NCBI GenBank assembly: GCA_009693995.1
Contig: SHWA01000002.1
Coordinates: 138-64,137, forward strand
Reading direction: 5' to 3'
Source of the DNA: Alphaproteobacteria bacterium
GTDB taxonomy: Bacteria; Pseudomonadota; Alphaproteobacteria; SHWA01
Length of the DNA: 64,000 nucleotides
Part shown: piece by piece, positions 44,152 to 55,686 of the stretch
Position numbering within the stretch: the first letter of the stretch is position 1
Layout of the letters: every line of letters starts with the position of its first letter
Notes under the pieces: generated by a model
Database searches by the model: none
The model's input: only the letters and a program-made list of their open reading frames with translations
Told to the model about the DNA's origin: nothing
Translations under genes and position numbers: made by a program

Positions 44152-45738
44152 GTGGACGCCGTCGTGCGCGCCCTGGGAGTGCCGTTCTTCGCCCGGTTGG
44201 AAGCCCGCGTCACGGGCCTCCCCGCCTGGCCGCGGCGCGGGCTGCTGGTCGGCCTCGGCATCCTCGCTACGGGGGCGCTGCCGCCACTGCACCTGCTGCC
44301 GCTCCTGCCCGTGGCGTTCACCCCCCTGCTGTGGCTGATCGATGGTGCGCCCGGCGCGCGCCGCGCGGCGGCATTGGGGTGGTGGTTTGGCCTCGGCCAC
44401 TTCGCCAGCGGGCTCTACTGGATCGCCCATGCCCTGCTCACCGAGCCTGAGCGCTTCGGCTGGATGATCCCCATCGCCGTGTTTGGCCTGGGCGGGGTTC
44501 TCGCGGTCTATGTCGCCGCGGCGGCGGCCCTGACCCACGCGCTTGCCCGCGGCCTCACCTGCCGCCTGCTCGCGTTCGCCGGCGCCTGGACCCTGATGGA
44601 GCTGCTGCGGGCGCGGCTGCTGAGCGGGTTCCCGTGGAACCAGCTCGGCTCGGCCTGGGTCGCCTTCGAGCCGGTCTTGCAAGGCGCCGCACTGATCGGT
44701 GCCTATGGTCTCGGATTGGTGACCCTGCTGGCGGCGGGGGCGCCGGCACTGCTGGCGGGGTCCCGGCGGGGCGGGGTGGCGGCGGTCCTGGCGGCGGCCG
44801 TCCTCTTGGGCGGCAGCGCCGGGTTCGGCGCCTGGCGGCTGGGCGAAGCGCCGTCCGCCGAGGTCGCGGGCGTGCGCCTGCGCCTGGTGCAGCCCGGCGT
44901 GCTGCAATCCCACAAGTGGGATCCGGTCCTGCGCGAGGGCATTTTCCAGCGCCATCTAGCCATGTCCCTGGCCCCTGCCGCCCTGGCGCCGACGCACATC
45001 ATCTGGGCGGAAACCGCGACGCCCTTCGTGCTGGCCCGGGATCCCGAACGCCGCCACCGGATCGCCGAGATCACGCCACCGGGGGGCGTGGTGATCACCG
45101 GCGCGGTCCGCGCCGTCCCGGGCGGCAACAGCGTGTTCCAACTCTGGAACAGCCTGTACGCCATCGACCGCCAGGGCTCGATCGTCGCCACCTACGACAA
45201 GGCGCATCTGGTGCCGTTCGGCGAATATGTGCCGCTGCGTGGGCTGCTGCCGTTGCAGAAGATCACCGCCGGCAGCGTCGACTTCAGCGCGGGGCCGGGC
45301 CCGACCACCGTGACCGTGCCGGGGCTGCCGCCGTTCGGCGCATTGATCTGCTACGAGATCATCTTCCCCCACGAGGTAGTGGACCCGAGCCGGCGCCCGG
45401 GCTTCCTGCTCAACCTCACCAACGACGCCTGGTTCGGGATCAGCGCTGGTCCCTACCAGCACTTCGCCGCGGCCCAGCTACGCGCGGTCGAACAGGGCCT
45501 GCCTGTGGTGCGCGCCGCTAATTTCGGCATCTCGGGCGTGATCGACCCATGGGGGCGCGTGCCGGCCCGGCTTGGCCTCGGCGCGGTCGGAGTGGTGGAT
45601 GCCGGCCTGCCGGCGGCACTCTCCGGCCAGACGCCCTATGCGCGTTTTGGCGATGGGCTGCCTGCTGGCCTGGCCCTGGTGGCGCTCGGGGTGGCTTTTC
45701 TGCACCGACGGTTGAAGACGTCGGGCGGAATTCATTGA
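44152..45738 (+). CDS. lnt: Apolipoprotein N-acyltransferase
   Basis: GTG 44152. Multi-TM N-terminus and a CN-hydrolase domain (YDKAHLVPFGEYVP, ALICYEIIFP, LLNLTNDAWFG). The start codon is uncertain. Confidence 0.85.
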   Translation: MDAVVRALGVPFFARLEARVTGLPAWPRRGLLVGLGILATGALPPLHLLPLLPVAFTPLLWLIDGAPGARRAAALGWWFGLGHFASGLYWIAHALLTEPERFGWMIPIAVFGLGGVLAVYVAAAAALTHALARGLTCRLLAFAGAWTLMELLRARLLSGFPWNQLGSAWVAFEPVLQGAALIGAYGLGLVTLLAAGAPALLAGSRRGGVAAVLAAAVLLGGSAGFGAWRLGEAPSAEVAGVRLRLVQPGVLQSHKWDPVLREGIFQRHLAMSLAPAALAPTHIIWAETATPFVLARDPERRHRIAEITPPGGVVITGAVRAVPGGNSVFQLWNSLYAIDRQGSIVATYDKAHLVPFGEYVPLRGLLPLQKITAGSVDFSAGPGPTTVTVPGLPPFGALICYEIIFPHEVVDPSRRPGFLLNLTNDAWFGISAGPYQHFAAAQLRAVEQGLPVVRAANFGISGVIDPWGRVPARLGLGAVGVVDAGLPAALSGQTPYARFGDGLPAGLALVALGVAFLHRRLKTSGGIH

Positions 45739-45936
45739 GAGCGGCGAATGCAGACCGATTCCGCGACAATTTTGCCGCGCCGACAGCAGCGCCCACGGCG
45801 TTGATTGGGACGCCGCTTTATACCTCGCGGATGGTGTGATAGGACGCGCATCTAGGCTCTAGGTACCGGGCCAGTCAGGATCCGGACCGAAAAAAAGTCG
45901 CGGGAGACTTCACCACCAGCAGAGGACGCCAGATTC

Positions 45937-46350
45937 ATGGCCGCCAGACCCAATCCTGTCGACATCCATGTCGGCAGCCGCGTGCGTTTGCGCCGCACGC
46001 TCCTGGGCATGAGCCAGGAAAAGCTCGCCGATGCCATCGGTCTGACCTTTCAGCAGGTGCAGAAATACGAGCGCGGCGCCAACCGCATCGGCTCGAGCCG
46101 GCTGTTTCAGCTCAGCCAGGTGCTCGACGTTCCGGTGTCCTTCTTCTTCGACGACCTGAGCACCGCAGCCCAAGGCACCGACGGTACCGGCGACGGCGGG
46201 GCGGCGGGCCAGGGCTTCGAACACGAGAACCTGTCGCGGCGCGAGACCCTGGAGCTGGTGCGCGCCTACTACAAGATCACCAACGACGGCGTGCGCAAGC
46301 GCATCTTCGACCTGGTGAAGGCGATCGCCGCGGCACAAGTCGCGGCCTGA
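45937..46350 (+). CDS. XRE-family helix-turn-helix transcriptional regulator
   Basis: 137-aa ORF with HTH_3-like VGSRVRLRRTLLGMSQEKLADAIGLTFQQVQKYERGANRIG. Confidence 0.8.
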   Translation: MAARPNPVDIHVGSRVRLRRTLLGMSQEKLADAIGLTFQQVQKYERGANRIGSSRLFQLSQVLDVPVSFFFDDLSTAAQGTDGTGDGGAAGQGFEHENLSRRETLELVRAYYKITNDGVRKRIFDLVKAIAAAQVAA

Positions 46351-46513
46351 CCGGCCCAGGGCGCCGTTCGTGGGCGGTGCGGGCTTACGCCTTGACCCCT
46401 CGCGCGAACCCTGGGAAAAACCGGTGCCCGGCCGCGACCCGAGCGCTCCTGTTTAAGGTCGCGGGAGCCGGTACCATATCTTGCTCTTCCGCGACCCTGC
46501 CAAGGAGCCGGCC

Positions 46514-47683
46514 GTGCCCAAAGGTGACTATCTGTTCACCAGCGAGTCCGTGTCCGAGGGTCATCCGGACAAGATCTGCGACCGCATCTCGGACGCCGTG
46601 GTGGATACCTTTCTCGGCGCCGACCCCAACTCCCGGGTGGCGTGCGAGACGCTCTGCACCACCAATCGCATCGTCCTGGCCGGCGAGGTGCGCGGCCCCG
46701 AGGCGATCACCCGCGAGCGCCTGGAAGAGGTGGCCCGCTCGGCGGTGCGCGAGATCGGCTACGAGCAGGACGGGTTCCATTGGCAGCGCGCCAACGTCCA
46801 GATCTACCTGCACCAGCAATCGGCCGACATTGCCCAGGGCGTGGACGCGCGCGACAACAAGGATCTGGGCGCCGGCGACCAGGGGCTGATGTTCGGCTAT
46901 GCCTGCCGCGAGACCGACGTGCTGATGCCGGCGGCGATCTATTACTGCCACAGCATCCTGCGCTCCCTCGCCGAGGCCCGCCACTCGGGCGCCGCCCCCG
47001 GCCTCGGCCCGGACGCCAAGAGCCAGCTCACGCTGCGTTATGCCGGCGGCCACCCCGTCGGGTGCACCTCGGTCGTGGTCTCGACCCAGCACGACGCGAA
47101 GGTGAGCCACGAAGAGGTGCGCGAGATCGTGCGCCCGCACGTGCTCAACGTGCTGCCCGCGGGCTGGATGTGCCGGGAGCAGGACTTCTACACCAATCCG
47201 ACGGGCAAGTTCGTGATCGGCGGCCCGGACGGGGACTGCGGCCTCACCGGGCGCAAGATCATCGTCGACACCTACGGCGGCAGCGCGCCCCATGGCGGCG
47301 GCGCGTTCTCGGGCAAGGACCCGACCAAGGTCGACCGGTCGGGCGCCTACGCCGCCCGCTATCTGGCCAAGAACGTGGTCGGCGCCGGCCTGGCGGAGCG
47401 CTGCACCATTCAGGTCGCCTATGTGATCGGCGTGGCGCGGCCGCTCTCGATCATGGTCGAGACCTATGGCACCGGTGTGGTGGACGAGGACAAGCTGGCC
47501 GGCGTGCTGCAGGAGGTGATGGACCTGCGCCCGCGTGGCATCATCGAGCATCTGCACCTCGACCGGCCGATCTACGCCCGCACCGCCGCCTACGGCCACT
47601 TCGGCCGCGCGCCGGAGCCGGACGGCGGCTTCAGCTGGGAGAAGCTCGACCTCGTGGATGCGCTCAAAAGCGCCTTCAAGTAA
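46514..47683 (+). CDS. metK: S-adenosylmethionine synthase
   Basis: GTG 46514 lies 6 nt after AAGGAG and gives [20 protein letters not shown], the canonical MetK N-terminus. The track ORF starts upstream at 46481. [11 protein letters not shown] and GGGAFSGKD are present. Confidence 0.9.
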   Translation: MPKGDYLFTSESVSEGHPDKICDRISDAVVDTFLGADPNSRVACETLCTTNRIVLAGEVRGPEAITRERLEEVARSAVREIGYEQDGFHWQRANVQIYLHQQSADIAQGVDARDNKDLGAGDQGLMFGYACRETDVLMPAAIYYCHSILRSLAEARHSGAAPGLGPDAKSQLTLRYAGGHPVGCTSVVVSTQHDAKVSHEEVREIVRPHVLNVLPAGWMCREQDFYTNPTGKFVIGGPDGDCGLTGRKIIVDTYGGSAPHGGGAFSGKDPTKVDRSGAYAARYLAKNVVGAGLAERCTIQVAYVIGVARPLSIMVETYGTGVVDEDKLAGVLQEVMDLRPRGIIEHLHLDRPIYARTAAYGHFGRAPEPDGGFSWEKLDLVDALKSAFK

Positions 47684-48371
47684 TCGGCGGGACGCGCCTT
47701 TCTTCCTTTATGGGCGCCGGCTCGGCCACCGCCTGAGCCCGCAGCAGCAACTATTGCTGGCCGAACGCCTGCCGACCCTCGCCGTGCCTGAGGTGGCGCC
47801 GGGCGCCGGTGCCGACCCGGGCACCTGGTTCGCCCCCCCCTGTCGCGAGGTCTGGCTCGAAGTGGGCTTCGGCGCGGGCGAGCACCTGCTGGCCCAGGCG
47901 GCGGCCAACCCGACGGTCGGCCTGGTCGGTTGCGAGCCCTATGTCAACGGCGTCGCCAGCCTGCTGGGCCTGCTGGGCGACGACCTGGCTGGGCGGGTGC
48001 GCGTGCTGATGGGGGACGCGCGCCCGCTTCTCCTCGCCCTGGCAGATGCCAGCCTGGCCCGGGTGTTCGTGCTGTTCCCCGACCCCTGGCCGAAGCGGCG
48101 GCACGCCAAGCGCCGCTTCTTCTCGGGCCCTGTGGTAGCGGCCCTGGCCCGGGTCCTCCGCCCGGGCGGGGAGCTCCGCCTGGCAACCGACGCCGGCGCC
48201 TATGCCCGCGAGGCATTGCTGGCGATCCGCCAAAGCGGCAGCTTCCGCTGGCAGGCCGGGAGTGCCGCCGACTGGCGCCTCCGCCCCGCCGACTGGCCGG
48301 CGACCCGCTACGAGGCCAAGGCCCTCGCCGCGGGCCGCAACCCGGTCTACCTTCGCTTCCGTCGCGAATGA
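47658..48371 (+). CDS. trmB: tRNA (guanine-N7)-methyltransferase
   Basis: Contains [11 protein letters not shown] and [17 protein letters not shown] 47658 is the first plausible start and overlaps the metK 3' end by 26 nt. The start is uncertain. Confidence 0.8.
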   Translation: MRSKAPSSNRRDAPFFLYGRRLGHRLSPQQQLLLAERLPTLAVPEVAPGAGADPGTWFAPPCREVWLEVGFGAGEHLLAQAAANPTVGLVGCEPYVNGVASLLGLLGDDLAGRVRVLMGDARPLLLALADASLARVFVLFPDPWPKRRHAKRRFFSGPVVAALARVLRPGGELRLATDAGAYAREALLAIRQSGSFRWQAGSAADWRLRPADWPATRYEAKALAAGRNPVYLRFRRE

Positions 48372-48471
48372 ACCGCGAGGCGGTTGCGGCAAGATTTCTG
48401 TTGAAGCGGCGCCCTGGCGCCGTTATATCCACTAGGTATCAGCTGTTTCGAACACGGTGAGTCGTCCGAAC

Positions 48472-48496
48472 AGTGGGCCTTGGCCCACTTTTTTAT
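48472..48496 (+). terminator. Rho-independent terminator (AGTGGGCC-ttg-GGCCCACT followed by a T-run)
   Basis: Seen directly. It is the only stem-loop in the window with a clear T-tract (TTTTTTATTATT). It lies between trmB and rimP. Confidence 0.7.
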
Positions 48497-48526
48497 TATT
48501 GGACGCAAGCGGAGCGGTCGCAGGAA

Positions 48527-49030
48527 ATGGATCCGGCTGACCGAATTTCGGAGTTGGTCGAGCCTGTGCTGGACGCGATGGGCTACAATCTGGTGCGGAT
48601 AAAACTCGGCCGTGACCGCGCGGCGACGCTGCAGATCATGGCCGAGCCGCGCGCGGAGCGCGCCATGACGGTGGAGGACTGCGCCGACATCAGCCGGGCG
48701 GTCTCGGCCCTGCTCGACGTCGAGGACCCGATCGCCGGCGCCTACCACCTGGAGGTCTCCTCCCCCGGCCTCGACCGGCCGCTGGTGCGGCTCGACGACT
48801 ACGCCCGCTTTGCCGGCCACGAGGCGCGCATCGAGACCCACGCGCCGATCGACGGGCGCCGCCGCTTCAAGGGCCGCCTGCTCGGCGTCGCGGAGGGGCA
48901 GGTACGCATCGCCCTGCCCGAGGGCGAGGTGGCGCTGCCCTACCAGGCGATCGGCGCGGCCAAGCTGGTGCTGACGGAAGAACTGATCACCGCCGCCAAG
49001 CGGGCGTCGGAACGCAACCGGGAACGCTAG
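48527..49030 (+). CDS. rimP: Ribosome maturation factor RimP
   Basis: Starts MDPADRISELVEPVLDAMGYNLVRIKL and contains LEVSSPGLDRPL. Lies upstream of nusA. Confidence 0.85.
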   Translation: MDPADRISELVEPVLDAMGYNLVRIKLGRDRAATLQIMAEPRAERAMTVEDCADISRAVSALLDVEDPIAGAYHLEVSSPGLDRPLVRLDDYARFAGHEARIETHAPIDGRRRFKGRLLGVAEGQVRIALPEGEVALPYQAIGAAKLVLTEELITAAKRASERNRER

Positions 49031-49034
49031 GATC

Positions 49035-50594
49035 ATGGAAACCGAGCTGACTTCCCCGGGTGGGCGCATGGAGATGATCCAGGTCGCCGATGCCGTCGCG
49101 CGCGAGAAGAACATCGACCGCGAAATCGTGTTGGACGCCATGGAGCAGGCGATCCAGCACGCCGCCAAGCGCAAGTACGGCCAGGAAAACGACATTCGCG
49201 CCGAGATCAGCCGCAAGAGCGGCGACATCCGCCTGCGCCGCGTGCGCACGGTGGTCGAGACGGTGGAGAACGAGGCGACCCAGATCAGCTTGGCCGCGGT
49301 CCAGCGCCGCGACCCCGACTTCAAGCCGGGCGACCTGATCGTCGAGGACCTGCCGCCGATCGAGTTCGGCCGCAGCGCCGCGCAGATGGCCAAGCAAGTG
49401 ATCGTGCAGAAGGTGCGCGACGCCGAGCGCAGCCGCCACTTCGAGGAATACAAGGAACGCGGCGGCGAGATCGTGAACGGCGTGGTCAAGCGCGAGGAAT
49501 ACGGCAACCTGACCATAGACTTGGGCCGCGGCGAGGGCTTTGTGCGCCGCGACGAGTTGTTGCCGCGCGAGCGCTTCCGCCAGGGCGACCGGGTGCGGTC
49601 CTACATCTACGATGTGCGCCGCGAGCAGAAGGGGCCGCAGATCTTCCTCTCGCGTACCCATCCCCAGTTCATGGCCAAGCTGTTCGCCCAGGAAGTGCCG
49701 GAAATCTATGACGGCATCATCGAGATCAAGGCGGTGGCGCGCGACCCCGGCAGCCGCGCCAAGATCGCCGTCATCTCGCGTGACAACTCGATCGATCCCG
49801 TGGGCGCCTGCGTCGGCATGCGCGGCAGCCGGGTGCAGGCCGTGGTTACCGAGCTGCAAGGCGAGAAGATCGACATCATCCAATGGTCGCCGGACCCGGC
49901 GACCTTCATCGTCAATGCCCTGGCCCCGGCCGAAGTGGCCAAGGTGGTGCTGGACGAGGAAGCCAACAAGATCGAGGTGGTGGTCCCCGACGACCAGCTC
50001 AGTCTCGCCATCGGCCGCCGCGGCCAGAATGTTCGGCTGGCCTCGCAGCTCACCGGCTGGGACATCTCGATCGTCACTGAGACCGAGGAGTCGGACCGCC
50101 GCACCGAGGACTTCCGCACCCGCAGCCGCATGTTCATCGATCGCCTCGACATCGACGAGGTGATCGCCCAATTGCTGGTGACCGAGGGCTTCACCTCGAT
50201 CGAAGAGGTGGCCTATGTGCCGATCGAGGAGCTGACCGGGATCGAGGGCTTCGACGAGAATCTGGCGAAGGCGCTCCGCGACCGTTCCCAGGCCTATCTC
50301 GCCCGCCGCGACGCCGAGCTGACGGAACGCCGGCGCACGCTCGGCGTCGCCGACGCCGTGGCCGAGATCGGCGGGCTGACCCCCGCCCATCTGGTGACGT
50401 TGGGCGAGAAGGGGGTCAAGACCCTGGATGACCTCGGCGACCTGGCGTCCGACGAACTGATGGAAATGCTCGGCGCGGACGCACTCGACGCCGACGCGGC
50501 CAACACCATCATCATGGCGGCGCGCGCCCACTGGTTCACCGGCAGCGCCGAGGCGGAGGCTCAAGCCCCCGCCAGCGCCCCCGAACCACGATGA
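49035..50594 (+). CDS. nusA: Transcription termination/antitermination factor NusA
   Basis: Holds S1, KH1/KH2 ([30 protein letters not shown]) and C-terminal HhH repeats. ATG 49068 ([10 protein letters not shown]) is an alternative start. Confidence 0.9.
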   Translation: METELTSPGGRMEMIQVADAVAREKNIDREIVLDAMEQAIQHAAKRKYGQENDIRAEISRKSGDIRLRRVRTVVETVENEATQISLAAVQRRDPDFKPGDLIVEDLPPIEFGRSAAQMAKQVIVQKVRDAERSRHFEEYKERGGEIVNGVVKREEYGNLTIDLGRGEGFVRRDELLPRERFRQGDRVRSYIYDVRREQKGPQIFLSRTHPQFMAKLFAQEVPEIYDGIIEIKAVARDPGSRAKIAVISRDNSIDPVGACVGMRGSRVQAVVTELQGEKIDIIQWSPDPATFIVNALAPAEVAKVVLDEEANKIEVVVPDDQLSLAIGRRGQNVRLASQLTGWDISIVTETEESDRRTEDFRTRSRMFIDRLDIDEVIAQLLVTEGFTSIEEVAYVPIEELTGIEGFDENLAKALRDRSQAYLARRDAELTERRRTLGVADAVAEIGGLTPAHLVTLGEKGVKTLDDLGDLASDELMEMLGADALDADAANTIIMAARAHWFTGSAEAEAQAPASAPEPR

Positions 50595-50600
50595 GGCCCG

Positions 50601-51257
50601 ATGGCCCAGCCTCGCGCACGCGCGATCCGGTCATGGCAGGGCGAGCATACGCCCAAGCGGCGCTGCGTCGCGAGCCGCGAGGCCGCGGATAAGGCGACCC
50701 TGGTCCGCTTCGTGATCGGACCCGACGATCGGCTGGTGCCGGACATCGCCGGCACGCTCCCGGGGCGGGGTCTCTGGCTGCAAGCCCGGCGCCAGGTGGT
50801 GGAAACGGCGATGCGGCGCAACCCGTTCGCCAAGCTGGCGCGGCGGCCGGTGCACATCGCCCCGGACATGGCCGACCAGGTGGAGCGCCTGCTGGAGCGC
50901 CGCTGTCTCGACCTGATCGGCCTGGCGCGCCGCGCCGGACAGGCGGTGCAGGGGCGCGAGCGCGTCATGGAGCGCCTGGCGCGGGGCACCGCCGGACTGG
51001 TCCTGATCGCCGCCGACGCCGGCGGCGATGCCGAGCGCGTGCGCCGCGCGGCGCGCGCGGCGCCGGTCGCCCAGGTGTTCAGCCGCGATATCTTGGGGCG
51101 TTGCTTCGGCCGCGACAACGCGGTCTTCGTCGTGATCGGCGCCGGGCCCCTGGCGACACGGCTCGCGGCCGAGGTCGGCCGATTGAGCGGATTTCGCGGG
51201 GCCGCCTCGGGCGGCCCCTTGCCCACGCCGCCGCCTGAACCGTTGGGAGAGCCTTGA
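50601..51257 (+). CDS. YlxR/DUF448-type RNA-binding protein with an L7Ae-like C-terminal domain
   Basis: Contains RRCVASRE...LVRFV...PGRGLWL. The position between nusA and infB is conserved. Confidence 0.75.
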   Translation: MAQPRARAIRSWQGEHTPKRRCVASREAADKATLVRFVIGPDDRLVPDIAGTLPGRGLWLQARRQVVETAMRRNPFAKLARRPVHIAPDMADQVERLLERRCLDLIGLARRAGQAVQGRERVMERLARGTAGLVLIAADAGGDAERVRRAARAAPVAQVFSRDILGRCFGRDNAVFVVIGAGPLATRLAAEVGRLSGFRGAASGGPLPTPPPEPLGEP

Positions 51258-53896
51258 GCATGGTCGACGAGCAGCCGACAAAGGACGAGCCGGGCAAGAC
51301 CGGCGAGCGGCTGCGCCTGTCGCTCTCGCGGCCGGGCCGGCTCGAACTGAAGAAGACCGTGGAAACCGGCCAGGTGCGGCAGAGCTTCTCGCACGGCCGG
51401 TCCAAGACGGTTCAGGTCGAGGTCAAGAAGAGGCGCACCTTCGCCCCCGGCGAAGACGGCGGCATGAAAGAAGTGCCGATCGCCCCGCCCAAGCCCGAGG
51501 CGCCGCGCCCGCCTGAGCCGGCGGCGGCGGTCAGGACGCTCACGCGCGACGAACGCGCGACCCGGGTGCGGGCCCTGGAAGAGGCCCGGCGCATCGCCGA
51601 GGAAGACGCGCGCCTGCGCGCTAAGGACGAGGACGCGCGCCGCGAGCAGGATCGTATCCGCCTCGCCGAGGACGCGGCCCGGCGCGCCGTCGAGGAGGCA
51701 CTCCGGCGCGAGCGCGAGGCCTCCGGCCTGCCGCCCGAGCCGGAGCCGATTCCCGAACCGACCCCGATCGCCGCCGAGGCACCACCCGCCGCGCGCGCCG
51801 GGGCGCATGCCGGCGCGCCGGCACGCGCGACCAAGGCCAAGTCGGTGCTGCCGGCCCAGCCGTCGGTCGAGCCCGGCCGCCGCGCCCGCGGCGCGGAACC
51901 GGACGAAGCCGGCGAGGAGGACAGCGATCGGCCGAAGCGCCCCGGCCGGCCAGAGCCGCGCCGGCCCACCGCGCCGGCCCGCCGCGGCGAGCCGCGGCGG
52001 CGCGCCGGCAAGATCACGGTCAGTCAGGCCCTCGACGACGAGGATCGCATGCGCAGCCTGGCCGCCCTGCAGCGCCGCCGCGAGCGCGAGCGGCGCCTGC
52101 AGTTGCAGCACCAGGAAGAAGGCAAGCCCCAGGTGGTGCGCGACGTGGTGATTCCCGAGGCGATCACGGTCCAGGAGCTCGCCAATCGCATGGCGGTGCG
52201 CGCCTCCGACGTGATCAAGGAGCTGATGAAGATGGGCTCCATGGCGACCATCAACCAGTCGCTGGACACCGATACGGCGGAGCTGCTGGTAGCCGAGTTC
52301 GGCCACAAGTCGAAGCGCATCGCCGCCGCCGACGTGGAGATCGGCCTGCGGGGGGGGCGCGACACCGATACCGAGCTCGCCCCGCGCGCGCCGGTGGTCA
52401 CCGTGATGGGTCACGTCGACCACGGCAAGACCTCGCTTCTGGACGCGCTCCGCGAGACCAAGGTGGCGGCCGGCGAGGCCGGCGGCATCACCCAGCACAT
52501 CGGCGCCTACCAGGTGCGGATGCCGGACGGCAGCTCGGTGACCTTCCTCGATACCCCCGGCCACAAGGCGTTCACCCAGATGCGCGCGCGCGGTGCCCGC
52601 GTCACCGACCTGGTGGTGCTGGTGGTCGCCGCCGACGACGGCGTGATGCCGCAAACCGTCGAAGCGATCAATCACGCCAAGGCCGCCAAGGTGCCCCTCA
52701 TCGTCGCCATCAACAAGATGGACAAGCACGACGCCAATCCGCGCCGCGTGCGCGACGAGCTCTTGAAGCACGAAGTGGTGCTCGAGGAGTTCGGCGGCGA
52801 CGTGCAGGCGGTCGAAGTCTCGGCGACCAAGCGCACCAACCTGGACAAGCTGATCGAGGCGATCCTGCTCCAGGCCGAGGTGCTCGAACTGCAGGCCAAC
52901 CCGAACCGTCCCGGCGAGGGCGTCATCATCGAGGCCAGGCTGGATCGCGGCCGCGGACCCGTGGCGACCGCGCTGGTGCAGCGCGGATCCATCAAGGTCG
53001 GCGACATCGTCGTCGCCGGCGATCATTGGGGCCGCGTGCGGGCGCTGCTGGACGACCAGGGCGCCTCTGTGCCGAACGCCGGTCCCTCGGTGCCGGTCGA
53101 GATCCTCGGCCTCGACGGGGTGCCCGCCGCCGGCGACGAGATGGTGGTGGCCGAGAACGAGCGCCGCGCGCGCGAGGTCACCGACTTCCGCCGCCAGCGT
53201 ACCCGCGAGACCCGCGTCACCATCGGCCCGCGCGGCACGCTCGAGCAGTTCATCGCCAAGATCGGCCAGGGCGGCATGCGCGAACTGCCGGTGGTGATCA
53301 AGGGCGACGTGCAGGGCTCCGTCGAGGCGATCGTGACCGGCCTGCAGCGCCTGGGCACGGACGAGGTCGCCGCGCGCATCCTGCACGCCGCGGTCGGCGG
53401 CATCGCCGAGTCGGACGTGAGCCTGGCCAAGGCGTCGAGCGCGATCATCATCGGCTTCAACGTGCGGGCGAGCGCGCCGGTGCGCGACCTGGCCGCCCGC
53501 GAAGGCGTCGACATCCGCTACTACAGCATCATCTACGACCTGCTCGACGACGTGCGCGGGCTGCTGTCCGGCATGCTCGCGCCGACGGTGAAGGAGCAGG
53601 TGCTGGGCTCGGCCCGCATCAAGGAGGTGTTCACGGTCACCAAGGTCGGCCGCGTCGCCGGGTGCGAAGTGGCGGACGGCCTGATCAGGCGCGGCGCCAA
53701 GGCCCGGCTGCTGCGCGACAGCGCGGTGGTGCATACCGGGCGGATCGGCACCTTGAAGCGCTTCAAGGACGACGTGCGCGAGGTGCGCTCCGGGCTCGAA
53801 TGTGGCATCGGCCTCGAGAACTTCAACGACTTCCAGGCGGGCGACGTGATCGAGGCGTACGAGGAGACGGAGGTCGCCCGTACCCTAGAGGCATGA
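51254..53896 (+). CDS. infB: Translation initiation factor IF-2
   Basis: G-domain motifs [17 protein letters not shown] and NKMD, plus a low-complexity charged N-terminus. The TTG 51254 and ATG 51260 starts cannot be told apart. Confidence 0.9.
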   Translation: MSMVDEQPTKDEPGKTGERLRLSLSRPGRLELKKTVETGQVRQSFSHGRSKTVQVEVKKRRTFAPGEDGGMKEVPIAPPKPEAPRPPEPAAAVRTLTRDERATRVRALEEARRIAEEDARLRAKDEDARREQDRIRLAEDAARRAVEEALRREREASGLPPEPEPIPEPTPIAAEAPPAARAGAHAGAPARATKAKSVLPAQPSVEPGRRARGAEPDEAGEEDSDRPKRPGRPEPRRPTAPARRGEPRRRAGKITVSQALDDEDRMRSLAALQRRRERERRLQLQHQEEGKPQVVRDVVIPEAITVQELANRMAVRASDVIKELMKMGSMATINQSLDTDTAELLVAEFGHKSKRIAAADVEIGLRGGRDTDTELAPRAPVVTVMGHVDHGKTSLLDALRETKVAAGEAGGITQHIGAYQVRMPDGSSVTFLDTPGHKAFTQMRARGARVTDLVVLVVAADDGVMPQTVEAINHAKAAKVPLIVAINKMDKHDANPRRVRDELLKHEVVLEEFGGDVQAVEVSATKRTNLDKLIEAILLQAEVLELQANPNRPGEGVIIEARLDRGRGPVATALVQRGSIKVGDIVVAGDHWGRVRALLDDQGASVPNAGPSVPVEILGLDGVPAAGDEMVVAENERRAREVTDFRRQRTRETRVTIGPRGTLEQFIAKIGQGGMRELPVVIKGDVQGSVEAIVTGLQRLGTDEVAARILHAAVGGIAESDVSLAKASSAIIIGFNVRASAPVRDLAAREGVDIRYYSIIYDLLDDVRGLLSGMLAPTVKEQVLGSARIKEVFTVTKVGRVAGCEVADGLIRRGAKARLLRDSAVVHTGRIGTLKRFKDDVREVRSGLECGIGLENFNDFQAGDVIEAYEETEVARTLEA

Positions 53897-54306
53897 GCCG
53901 CGGCAGCCGGCGGAGCGGCGGCAGCGGACGCGGCAGCGGGCAGCGGCCGCTGCGCGTCGGCGAGGCGCTGCGCCATGCCCTGGCCGACGTGTTCCTGCGC
54001 GGCGACGTCTACGACCCCGAGCTCGCCCCATCGGCGGTGCTGGTGACCGAGGTGCGCATGTCTTCCGACCTGCGCCAGGCCACCGTGTTCGTGCTGCCCT
54101 TCGCCGGTGGCGACGGCACCGTAATGCTGACCGCCCTGGCGCGGCTGACCCCGTATCTGCGCGGGGTGATCGCGAAGACCGTCGCGCTGCGCCGGGTGCC
54201 CGAGCTGGAGTTCCGCCTCGATACCGCCTTCGACCACGCGGCGCGGGTGGACGCGCTGCTGAAGGCTGCACCCGCACCCGTTGCCGAGGACGAGGAACCG
54301 GCATGA
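53893..54306 (+). CDS. rbfA: Ribosome-binding factor A
   Basis: The ATG overlaps the infB stop (ATGA). Contains [15 protein letters not shown]...[17 protein letters not shown]. Confidence 0.85.
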   Translation: MSRGSRRSGGSGRGSGQRPLRVGEALRHALADVFLRGDVYDPELAPSAVLVTEVRMSSDLRQATVFVLPFAGGDGTVMLTALARLTPYLRGVIAKTVALRRVPELEFRLDTAFDHAARVDALLKAAPAPVAEDEEPA

Positions 54307-55187
54307 GCGGCGCCGACGGGCACGGCTGGGTGATCCTCGACAAGCCGGCCGGGATCAGCTCGGCGGCGGCGGTGGCGGCGGTCAGGCGGCTGCTCGGCGG
54401 GGCCAAGGCGGGCCATGCCGGGACGCTCGACCCGATCGCCACCGGCGTCCTACCGATCGCCGTCGGCGAGGCCACCAAGACCGTCGCCTACGCCGTCGGC
54501 GGCCGCAAGGCCTACCGCTTCCAGGCGCGCTTCGGCGAGGCACGGGTCGGCGACGACCTTTCGGGGGCGGTGACCGCAACCGCGGCCCTGCTGCCAGACG
54601 GGGCGGCGATCCGGGCGGCGCTGCCGGCGTTCCAGGGGCGCATCCGCCAGCGCCCGCCGGTGGTTTCCGCGATCAAGGTGGGGGGACGGCGGGCGTATGC
54701 CCGCGCCCGCGCCGGCGAGACGTTCGCGCTGGCGGAACGCGAGGTCGAGGTGGTCTCCCTGGTGCTGGTCGCGCAGCCGGCGCCCGATTGCGCCGAATTC
54801 GACTTGGAATGCGGCCCTGGCACCTATGTCCGCAGCCTGGTGCGCGACCTGGCGGCCCGCCTCGGCACCGTCGGCCACGTGAGCGTGCTGCGCCGCACCC
54901 GGGTCGGGCCGTTCGTCGAGGCGCAAGCGATCACGCTTTCCTCTTTGCAGGCCTTGGTGCATAGTGGCGGTCCATCCGCCGCTCTCTGCGCGCTCGAGAC
55001 CGTGCTGGCCGACATCCCGGCACTGGCCCTGAATAGCGCGGACGCGGAACGGATGCGGCGCGGCCAATCGATTGCCGCGCCCGAAGAGGCCGCCGGGACG
55101 GTGCTCGCCACCGCCCTGGGGCGGCCGGTCGCGTTGGCCCGGATCGAAGGGGGCCGGGCGCGGCCGGTGCGCGTGTTCAACCTGTGA
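54303..55187 (+). CDS. truB: tRNA pseudouridine(55) synthase
   Basis: Contains GWVILDKPAGISS and KAGHAGTLDPIATGVLPIAVGEATK. Confidence 0.9.
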   Translation: MSGADGHGWVILDKPAGISSAAAVAAVRRLLGGAKAGHAGTLDPIATGVLPIAVGEATKTVAYAVGGRKAYRFQARFGEARVGDDLSGAVTATAALLPDGAAIRAALPAFQGRIRQRPPVVSAIKVGGRRAYARARAGETFALAEREVEVVSLVLVAQPAPDCAEFDLECGPGTYVRSLVRDLAARLGTVGHVSVLRRTRVGPFVEAQAITLSSLQALVHSGGPSAALCALETVLADIPALALNSADAERMRRGQSIAAPEEAAGTVLATALGRPVALARIEGGRARPVRVFNL

Positions 55188-55205
55188 CTGTTCGGGAGCA
55201 GCACG

Positions 55206-55475
55206 ATGTCGATTACGGCCGAGCGCAAGCAGCAGCTCATCATCGAGTACGCCCGCACCACGGGCGATACCGGCTCGCCCGAAGTGCAGGTGGCGATCCT
55301 GTCGGAGCGGATCGCCAATCTGACCGGGCATTTCAAGACCCACGCCAAGGACAACCATTCGCGCCGCGGCCTGTTGCTGATGATCAGCCAGCGGCGGCGA
55401 CTGCTGGACTATGTGCGGCGCGTCGACGGCGAGCGCTACGCGCAACTGATTCAGCGCTTGGGACTCCGCCGCTAG
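55206..55475 (+). CDS. rpsO: 30S ribosomal protein S15
   Basis: 89 aa with [38 protein letters not shown]. Confidence 0.95.
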   Translation: MSITAERKQQLIIEYARTTGDTGSPEVQVAILSERIANLTGHFKTHAKDNHSRRGLLLMISQRRRLLDYVRRVDGERYAQLIQRLGLRR

Positions 55476-55686
55476 CAGGACAGACGAAGGGCCGCCCGCC
55501 CGCCGCGGCGCCCAACGACCGAGAATTGCCGGAGCAACACCGGCACGCACCACGGCCCCGGGCGGGCGCCAGAGCGGGAGGGGGCCGCGAACAGATCCGC
55601 GCGACCGCTCCGCGCACCGGGCCGCAGGCCGCGGCCCCCGACCGGGTGCGAAGGGCACCCGGGACGGCACGGTAGAAGGGAAGAGA

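Noticed and set aside
46351-46513. Calling the metK leader a SAM-II or SAM/SAH riboswitch outright.
   Set aside because: I could not recognise the class-defining conserved nucleotides by eye. It is kept only as an unclassified candidate regulatory leader.
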